A stretch of DNA of 32,000 nt, from NCBI RefSeq assembly GCF_017876815.1, contig NZ_JAGIOS010000003.1, positions 540,001 through 572,000 on the forward strand. Reading direction: 5' to 3'. Positions within the stretch are counted from its first letter, which is position 1, and every line of letters starts with the position of its first letter. Positions 1-6,581 of this stretch are shown here, piece after piece. The notes beneath the pieces were generated by a model that made no database searches, was not told where the DNA came from, and saw only the letters and a program-made list of their open reading frames with translations. Position numbers and translations under genes: made by a program. This stretch comes from Sinorhizobium meliloti. GTDB taxonomy: Bacteria; Pseudomonadota; Alphaproteobacteria; Rhizobiales; Rhizobiaceae.

Positions 1-687
1 AAGCGATTGCCAGACTTGGTCGGCGTTGATGACCTCCGTCTGATCGAGCCCGAAATTCCGGCTAAGCCGTGAAAGCCCGCCGGTCTGGCGCTGACCCCGG
101 GTAATCGCGTCGAGTGCGTCAAGGCGCCGAGCAATCGTTGACAGGAAGCGCCGTTCCGCCTTGACGTTGGTGGCGATCATGCGGAAGCGCGGCGGCTGTA
201 CGATCGCCATGAAGCCGGTACCGGCGGACGGTTCATGCAGGGTATCGTTCGCGATGACGCCGGCGGCGTGAGCCGCGACAAGGCCAAGCGGCAGCGGCGT
301 GGAAAACTGCTGGAGCTGTTGGCTTTCCTCGGAGCGCCGTGTGTGGGTCAGGATCAGGCCCACGACCTTCTTCAGCATGATCAGCGCCGCCTGAGGCGCG
401 TTCGCGCGAGCGGAAATCGCTGCACCCAGTTTGCGCAGAAACAGGATCTGCGCGACCTCGGACGCCGCATAGGCGTCCTTCCCCGCCCAAAAGCCTTCGG
501 CGTCCGATCCTCCGACGACATTGGTTAGGGTAGCGCGAAGATCGGTGGTACCAATTGCCTGGCCGTGTTCGAGAAACGGCAAAAGCTGATGGCCTGCAAC
601 AAGATTTTTTCCTGCCCGGTCGGCACGGACGGAGGGAGCCAGCGGGACGGCGGCCGCGTTCGCGGCGCGAAATGAGGTCACGTTCAT
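1..687 (-). CDS. 5' part (229 codons, runs off the window start) of a strawberry-notch-like SAM-methyltransferase/helicase gene of plasmid/ICE type. Probably an internally deleted derivative.
   Basis: Not in the ORF track because it is open at the window edge. My translation of the reverse strand from ATG at 687 is stop-free to nt 1: MNVTSFRAANAAAVPLAPS...TLHEPSAGTGFMAIVQPPRFRMIATNVKAERRFLSTIARRLDALDAITRGQRQTGG... EPSAGTG looks like methyltransferase motif I. ERRF-x-S-x-(I/V)A(R/K)RL(D/E)xLGA-like text is the motif I remember from the region after the helicase domain of strawberry-notch proteins. Confidence 0.5.
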   Translation of the reverse strand, partial: MNVTSFRAANAAAVPLAPSVRADRAGKNLVAGHQLLPFLEHGQAIGTTDLRATLTNVVGGSDAEGFWAGKDAYAASEVAQILFLRKLGAAISARANAPQAALIMLKKVVGLILTHTRRSEESQQLQQFSTPLPLGLVAAHAAGVIANDTLHEPSAGTGFMAIVQPPRFRMIATNVKAERRFLSTIARRLDALDAITRGQRQTGGLSRLSRNFGLDQTEVINADQVWQSL

Positions 688-1069
688 GGGAAAACCCTGT
701 CGAGAGCGGGATGGAACTGCCCGCCCGGACGCTCTCCAAGCCCCAGCAGGCCGTCCCTCTCTGGCCCCTCTCTCCCTCCGGGGCGATTAGGCAGCCAGCA
801 CGCGACTTTCAGCCGGGTGCGAGCTCCAGTTCGACGAACGCCGCAACGCCGGCGACAGACAAGTCATGCAGAACGGCCCTGCACCCAGCGTCGATCCAGG
901 TTGCGGTCTCTCTGCGCTAAGCTGATGGACATGGAGGAAAGCCTTGACAGTCTGATGCTGACGCCTCGACACTTGAAAGGATAGATGCCAAGAGCCTTTA
1001 CTGTCAATTTTGTGATAGTAACTGAAACACTGTCCGTGTACCTTCGGCCGAAGCAAGGGGAGAATAGAA

Positions 1070-2260
1070 GTGCGTAACTTTGCGATCGGCGATCAGGCAG
1101 TGGACGAATCCTCGCCCGAGTTTCGGGCGCTGCTTCCGCACGCCTATGAGCAAAAGCTTCGCCCGATGTGCATGTGCAAGGAACTTCCGGTTCCAATGTA
1201 TATCGCGCGCCTGGACGATCAGTATCTCATCAAGCGCATGCCGCTTTCGGGGCGCGACCACGATCCTGCATGCCCCTCCTATGAGCCGCCCTACGAGCTT
1301 TCTGGTCTCGGTCCCCTGATCGGCAATGCGATCCAGATCGGTGCCAGCGGCAAGGCAGACCTGAAGCTGGATTTTTCGCTGACAAAACGCGGGCCACGAT
1401 CGGCGCCGGGAGCGTCGGCTGAGGCAGCGGAGCGGGGCATCCGCAGCGAGCCGAAGAAACTGTCGCTCAGGGCGATGCTGCATTATCTTTGGGAGGCCGG
1501 CGAACTGACGGAATGGCGCTCGACGTGGACGGGCCGGCGCGGCTGGGGCCGGGTGCGTACGAGCCTCATCAATGCCGCCTCGCAGATGACCGCAAGGGGC
1601 GGTCCGTTGAGCGACATGATCTTCGTTCCTGAGGTGTTTCATCCTGACGACAAGGACGGGATCGCTGCTCGACGCGCCGCCGCGCTCAAGCAAATCCAGA
1701 CTTCAGGTTCGGGAACGCGCAAGCTCATGATGATCGTGGCCGAGGTAAAGGAGTTTGCCGCGGCCCGCGAAGGGCACAGAATCGTCGTACGGCACCTGCC
1801 CTTCCCGCTGATGATCGAGGATGGCGCGTGGCGGCGGCTCGCAGGGCGCTATGAGACCGAACTGGAACTGTGGCGCTCGAGCGAGGCGTTGCACCTGATC
1901 GTCATCGCGACCTTCGGCGTCTCGACCGCCGGCATCGCGTCGGTCGACGAGGTCGCCCTGATGGTGGTCAACGAGCATTGGCTGCCATTCGAGGACACTC
2001 ACGAATTGCGGCTCTTGGAAAAGCTCAGTCATCTCAAGCGAAAGAGCGTCAAGGGGCTGCGTTTCAACCTACCCCGCGATGCGCCGATCGTGTCAGTAAC
2101 ATTGCCCGAACAGAAACCCGTCCCCGTCGCGATGTTCATTGTGCCGGCAAGCGCCGGAGATGAATACGAGCAGGCACTCACCAATATGATAGACGCGAGA
2201 CCGGAGATCGCACCTTGGATCTGGAGAGTGGCCGAGGGCGAGATGCCGCGATTGCCTTGA
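1070..2260 (+). CDS. DUF1173-like conserved plasmid/ICE protein (396 aa), function unknown
   Basis: Long ORF with a GTG start 8-15 nt after AAGGGGA. The N-terminal Cys/His cluster (CMCKE...KRMPLSGRDHDPACPSYEPPYELSG) is as I recall for DUF1173. It is divergent from the methyltransferase/helicase gene. Confidence 0.55.
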   Translation: MRNFAIGDQAVDESSPEFRALLPHAYEQKLRPMCMCKELPVPMYIARLDDQYLIKRMPLSGRDHDPACPSYEPPYELSGLGPLIGNAIQIGASGKADLKLDFSLTKRGPRSAPGASAEAAERGIRSEPKKLSLRAMLHYLWEAGELTEWRSTWTGRRGWGRVRTSLINAASQMTARGGPLSDMIFVPEVFHPDDKDGIAARRAAALKQIQTSGSGTRKLMMIVAEVKEFAAAREGHRIVVRHLPFPLMIEDGAWRRLAGRYETELELWRSSEALHLIVIATFGVSTAGIASVDEVALMVVNEHWLPFEDTHELRLLEKLSHLKRKSVKGLRFNLPRDAPIVSVTLPEQKPVPVAMFIVPASAGDEYEQALTNMIDARPEIAPWIWRVAEGEMPRLP

Positions 2261-2363
2261 TACGGGAACACGGAGCTGCGGGGGCGTTGACCGGGCGAGA
2301 CGATAAGAACACCTGTGGCATTGACAACTATCCGTCTTATTCAATCGGACCATCGTGAAGCCT

Positions 2364-2799
2364 TCAAAAAAACCGTTCGTCGTGGAGATCAAAAATCGGC
2401 GTCGCCTCACCACCGCTCCTCGGAGGCTCAATGATCGCGCCACGGTGCCCCTGCACCACGAACGGCCACGGGAATTCGCTCGAGTCGATGTCGACTGACG
2501 CTGCCGTATCGGCGTCGCCGGACCGGGCGGGCAGAAGGGCAATGATGCGGAATGATGCGGCTGGCAATGAAGATGTTGAGCGCACTGTCGACGTGTGGCG
2601 CCGATGCGCGAAAGGCTTCGTTCAGTTCGTGTCGCCTCACGCGGATCGGATGCATCGCTCCGAAATCGGTGAACGGGACAAGGATCGCTTCGATTTCGCG
2701 GCATTCGAGTGCATTGGTCAGAACCAGCGTTTCGAGCGGCGTGATGTGGGCAAGAGGGATGGGCGGGTGGCAGATGACGCTGCCTTCGATATTGGTCAT
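2364..2799 (-). pseudogene. Small conserved-looking hypothetical gene (141 codons if repaired), frameshifted by a 10-bp tandem duplication
   Basis: ORF 2428..2799 (MTNIEGSVICHPPIPLAHITPLETL...) loses sensible composition after ...IASRII. ORF 2364..2585 continues as ...RIIALLPARSGDADTAASVDIDSSEFPWPFVVQGHRGAIIEPP... Deleting one copy of AATGATGCGG (2541-2560) joins them into one 426-nt ORF. Confidence 0.5.
2541..2560. repeat. Perfect 10-bp tandem duplication AATGATGCGG x2
   Basis: Read directly: 2541-2550 = 2551-2560 = aatgatgcgg. Confidence 0.95.
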
Positions 2800-2826
2800 G
2801 GCATTGATTTTCTGAATGCGGAAACG

Positions 2827-2844
2827 CCCGGCACAATTGCCGGG
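2827..2844 (-). terminator. Candidate intrinsic terminator after the DUF932 gene
   Basis: CCCGGCA-caat-TGCCGGG, a 7-bp GC-rich stem 45 nt past the DUF932 stop. On the minus strand it is followed by CGTTTCC, which is only a short U tract. Confidence 0.3.
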
Positions 2845-2888
2845 CGATGAAGGGGATTGATGAGGATGTGCATGCTAAGAGGCAGCAA

Positions 2889-4085
2889 TCAGGCTGCGCT
2901 TTCCAGCAGCTTCCTCGCTTTGCCCTCCAGTTCGAGCCGCGTGTCCTGATGGGCTTTTCCGCGGGCAAGCGCGGTGATGCCCTGGACAAAATCGAAGATG
3001 CTCTCGGGTGGCCGCCCTTCTTCGGAAAGCACCGTCTCGATGATCTTGCCGGTTTCGGCCTTGGAGAAGCCGCGCTTGCGCAGGAACTCCGAGCGATCCT
3101 CGTCATTTCGCGCAACGACCCGCTCACGCGCGGCGCGGATGCCGGCAATGAAGGGCGCGGGCGAGGAATTGGCGAAGTTCGTCAACGCCGGGGCGGCTTC
3201 ATGGGCAAAACGTTGCGCCGCGAACTTCGAGTGCCGGATGGTAATTTCCTCGAAATTTTCGGTGCCCCAAAGATTGCGATTGGCACAAACCGCCCGCAGA
3301 TAGAACGAAGCGATGCCGAGCGTCTTGGACCCGACTTCGGAGTTCCAGGCATAGAACCCGCGGAAGTAGAGGTCCGGCTCGCCGTTCGGTAGGCGACCGG
3401 CCTCGATCGGGTGCGTGTCGTCGACGAGGAATAGGAACACATCGCGGTCACTGGCGTAGAGCGTGGTCGTATCTTTCGTGATATCGACGAAGGGATTGTG
3501 GGTCATGGTTGACCAGTCGAGCACGCCCGGCACCTTCCAGATCGTGTCGCCGGTTCCGTTGCCGGCGATGCTCATCACGGCGGCAACCAGATCTTTATCC
3601 CAGATGCGCCCGTATTCGGGGCCAGTCACCGCCCGCAGCTCGACGCGACCGTCATCCATCTCCAGTGTTTTGACCAGTTCGGCTTTGTGGTTCAGGAGCC
3701 CGTGCTGAAGATTGATCGCGGCCAATGGCGCAGGCAATTGTCGCATATAGCTCGCAGGCGCACCGGCCAGGCTGCAAAGCTGACCGTAACTCCAATGCGT
3801 CGGCGCAATCGGCTCACTCCCGCCGGGAACGATCAACGCAAGACGCTCGGCATTGTCACGGGTGGCTTCCACGCGCATCTCCGCGCTTTCAACCGTTCGA
3901 ACACGGGCGCGATCGGTTCTGGCGCTGACCGCACAAAGAAGATCGGAGAGCGACAGGAAGCGCTCATCGTCGGGCCGCCAGAACCATTCGGATGAGACGC
4001 GGCCGATGCGTTCGCCGCGGGAAATATCGACCCTGAAGCCGGACGAGACCGGCGGCGGGCTGGAAATCATGGTGTTCATGCTCAA
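2889..4085 (-). CDS. DUF932 domain protein (398 aa), conjugative-element backbone
   Basis: Full-length ORF with GAGGAG 6 nt upstream of the ATG. Length and sequence character (…THWSYGQLCSLAGAPASYMRQLP…FRGFYAWNSEVGSKTLGIASFYLRAVCANRNLWG…) match the DUF932 family as I remember it. Confidence 0.75.
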   Translation of the reverse strand: MSMNTMISSPPPVSSGFRVDISRGERIGRVSSEWFWRPDDERFLSLSDLLCAVSARTDRARVRTVESAEMRVEATRDNAERLALIVPGGSEPIAPTHWSYGQLCSLAGAPASYMRQLPAPLAAINLQHGLLNHKAELVKTLEMDDGRVELRAVTGPEYGRIWDKDLVAAVMSIAGNGTGDTIWKVPGVLDWSTMTHNPFVDITKDTTTLYASDRDVFLFLVDDTHPIEAGRLPNGEPDLYFRGFYAWNSEVGSKTLGIASFYLRAVCANRNLWGTENFEEITIRHSKFAAQRFAHEAAPALTNFANSSPAPFIAGIRAARERVVARNDEDRSEFLRKRGFSKAETGKIIETVLSEEGRPPESIFDFVQGITALARGKAHQDTRLELEGKARKLLESAA

Positions 4086-4225
4086 ATCTCCTCAAACGAA
4101 GTATCCCGGCTGATCGCTGTCGCGACACCGAGCTGGTGGGGTGGAAGATGGCTCGCCGAAGCGTCTGTCGGACGCGGCAAGCGGGCGGGACGCTCAGGCG
4201 CGCCGAGGGCGGCGCGTGTTGGTTT

Positions 4226-4648
4226 TCAATCGATCGCCTGGAATATCTCGACAGCTTCTGGATGGTCGGCCGAATAGGCGTAGAGACGGCCGTAGCCTTC
4301 AGAGAGATGTTCGGACTGATACTGGAAGGAGAGATGGGAGAAGGCGAACAGTGTGGCGATGATGCCGGCGGCCTCGGCGGACACCTCCCCCTGAAATCCG
4401 GTGATCTCGCCGGTGATCCGAAGCCGCGATTTGGATTGCGGAGCCAGGAAGAGCGGCTTGCCTTCGTGTTCGTAGAAGGCCCAGAAGCCGCCGCCATAGT
4501 CGAGCGGGCTCAGCCGCTCCATCAAGCTATAGACTGCATTCTCGGCGACGATCAGGAGTGAACGACCGAACAGGGTGGGCAGGAATTCCGGGCGACTCGC
4601 TTCGGGGACAATGGTGGCGCTTTGGGGTGCAATCACGGATGTCGACAT
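4226..4648 (-). CDS. Antirestriction protein (ArdB/KlcA/YfjX-like family)
   Basis: …LFGRSLLIVAENAVYSLMERLSPLDYGGGFWAFYEHEGKPLFLAPQSKSRLRITGEITGFQGEVSAEAAGIIATLFAFSHL… matches the YxGGxWxFYE…FYMAP…SAdAAGI pattern of plasmid antirestriction proteins. The internal ATG at 4648 (MSTSVIAPQ) is preferred over the ORF-track start at 4702. Confidence 0.7.
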   Translation of the reverse strand: MSTSVIAPQSATIVPEASRPEFLPTLFGRSLLIVAENAVYSLMERLSPLDYGGGFWAFYEHEGKPLFLAPQSKSRLRITGEITGFQGEVSAEAAGIIATLFAFSHLSFQYQSEHLSEGYGRLYAYSADHPEAVEIFQAID

Positions 4649-4794
4649 CGATGTACTCTCCAGAGAGGCGACAGGGTTCAGGCCGGACAACCCTCTCTCC
4701 ATTGCCCGGCTTCAACCCTCCCTGGCCCCTCTCTTCCTCCTCCGGCCGACTGCAGCCGCCCCTTCCCAGGGTCCTGCAGCCATTATCCTGCTCG

Positions 4795-5168
4795 AACAGG
4801 TCGCACATGACGACACGGCCGGCAGCCTCATAGGGCGTCGATGTCCACATAGACGACGCGTCGATCGGACGCCCAGACCGCGGTTTCGTCAGCATCCGGC
4901 GGCTGTAATAGGGGTCCTGATTATGGGACCGCGAGGTCGTGTCCCAAACCTGCTCCTGCCGGAGGTGGTCATTGGTGATCGAAAATGCCAAGCCTGGCCG
5001 AGCTCTCGTCATTGGCATAGAATTCGAGCAGGCGCGGCGAGACGGAGGTCAGCCGCAGGCGCTGCCTCACCGTCGCTACCGAGATGTTGAAGCGGGCGGC
5101 GATTTCTTCCTCGTCGAACCGTGATCGCGCGGCTGCATCAAACCGCGAAACTCGTCCAGCGGATGCAT
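4795..5168 (-). pseudogene. ParB/Spo0J-like (ICE/plasmid large ParB-like nuclease family) gene remnant. Both ends are missing and there are at least 2 frameshifts.
   Basis: Reverse-strand pieces lie in three frames: HPLDEFRGLMQ / FDEEEIAARFNISVATVRQRLRLTSVSPRLLEFYANDE / LAFSITNDHLRQEQVWD…PYEAAGRVVMCDLFEQDNG. This is the middle part of long ParB-like proteins. No N-terminal ParB domain or C-terminal half is present. Confidence 0.6.
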
Positions 5169-5322
5169 TTCTTGGGTTGTCTTCAAGTGTCCTGTTAGCT
5201 GGATGACGTCGATTCTTAGATCTTTTTGCCTGCGCCTTGTTTTTTCAGGGTATCTTTAGCGTTGAAGCGCAGCCGCACGGTGTCAATCACGATGGCTTTC
5301 TCGACGGAAGCGATAGTCGCCC

Positions 5323-5934
5323 TTAGATGCGCGTAGTGGCTTTGCCAATCGCTTTGTTGATTTCATCGAGATTGCAAGCTTCTGGTTGGAACTTGCGACC
5401 TACCCACCGGCGCATGGCCTTATGTTCCTCATGATCAGGATCAAGCCACGCGTCGAGGAAGTCAGCATAGCCTGAAGTGCCACCGACATCTTCTGGAGGT
5501 CCGGATCGTTTGCCGGCGAGACAGCGGGGATATTTCACACCTTCCTGGCGGGCGACGCGCTCCAGGCGCAGTAGATGACGCCAATTATCGCCGAAGTCGT
5601 ATTCGTAGAGGATCGTGAGAGGGTTTTCCTCGGGATCGTAGGGAAATTGAAGGTCGATCATTCTGACCTCAGTCGCCTCGAAGGTGCGGCTGTCGGACAG
5701 ACCGTCCTCATCGAACTCCGGGGCTCCGTAGATAAGGCCCCCAATATTGAACTGATGCAGATGGCTGTCGGTCCAGCCAAAGGCCGCCTGCAACACCTCG
5801 TGGAGTTGGGCAAGGTTGAGAGTGATTGGCAATTCGAGAGTGCGGCTGATCTTGGGCTCGATGCCGAGGATATGAACCTCGGCGCGCACAATGAAGCGGT
5901 CTGGATCGAAGGGGTCAAGCATGCCGCAGATCAT
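5323..5934 (-). CDS. Plasmid pRiA4b ORF-3 family protein (PF07929-like; IS1096 'TnpR passenger' type)
   Basis: …RFIVRAEVHILGIEPKISRTLELPITLNLAQLHEVLQAAFGWTDSHLHQFNIGG…YEYDFGDNWRHLLRLE…RCLAGKRSGPPEDVGGTSGYADFL… are hallmark motifs of that family. The start is ambiguous (ATG at 5934 or 5922; the ORF-track maximum is 6045). Confidence 0.75.
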   Translation of the reverse strand: MICGMLDPFDPDRFIVRAEVHILGIEPKISRTLELPITLNLAQLHEVLQAAFGWTDSHLHQFNIGGLIYGAPEFDEDGLSDSRTFEATEVRMIDLQFPYDPEENPLTILYEYDFGDNWRHLLRLERVARQEGVKYPRCLAGKRSGPPEDVGGTSGYADFLDAWLDPDHEEHKAMRRWVGRKFQPEACNLDEINKAIGKATTRI

Positions 5935-6230
5935 GCCGGGCACGAGTTTCGCATGCAATGGATGAGGCGACAAATATCCTTTGGCGGGGCGACACGAACG
6001 CACAATCTTAGACGACGTCAGGTTTTTAGCCAGCGGGAGGGGCACCGGCTTCGCGGCTCGACCACGTACGGCGATCAGGCGGGCGCTATGACGCTTCTGC
6101 CGCTCAACCGTCCGTTTCGGCTTCTCGACGAAATGACCCGCAACCTCGTGAGCGACTACGGTATCGACCTACCCCGGCAGAAGCATGCGAACTGTCATGG
6201 AGGAGGCATTCCCTGATGCGGGCTGGAAGG

Positions 6231-6543
6231 ATGGGAAAAATTGAGCCGGACATGCGGAACGATCCCAAGGATCGGAATGTTGTCGCGGCAGCAGTCGCTT
6301 CCGAGCCACTGTCATCGTGACCTCGACATCCGCGATTTCAGCAACCTTTCCGACGGCATCGTTGCCATAAGCTCTGATGAATTCCTTTCGAAGATCCTCG
6401 CGAAAGATCCAACGCAGGTACTCGAGGCGATCACGGCTGAAGCAGGCGCTACCGGCGCCGACCACATGGGAGTTGATCGAAAGCTTGCGCTCACTTCACC
6501 TGGTTTCGCCGAGCAGGCGCTCGAAGCGTTAAATGACGGCTGA
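6231..6543 (+). pseudogene. PIN-domain (VapC/PIN_3-like) toxin gene remnant, frameshifted
   Basis: …RNDPKDRNVVAAAVASE / ATVIVTS / DIRDFSNLSDGIVAISSDEFLSKIL… sit in three different frames within about 60 nt. Together they resemble the C-terminal half of PIN_3 proteins (DpdDxxvlAAAvaagAdxIVTxNxxDF…PdeFL). No intact N-terminal half is present. Confidence 0.4.
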
Positions 6544-6581
6544 CCTTAGTCGGTGACGACCAGGAGCCGCGCCCCGGCGCT

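Noticed and set aside
944-1007. 8-bp inverted repeat TTGACAGT…ACTGTCAA in the divergent promoter region between the methylase/helicase gene and the DUF1173 gene, considered as an operator or oriT-like site
   Set aside because: A short repeat with a 48-nt spacer could occur by chance. There is no nick-site-like motif or relaxase context in the window.
4527-5018. 163-aa ORF treated as a possible intact gene
   Set aside because: Only its first ~75 codons look ParB-like (LAFSITNDHLRQEQVW…DLFEQDNG). The rest is read-through across the antirestriction promoter region and gene start. It is interpreted as part of the ParB-like pseudogene.
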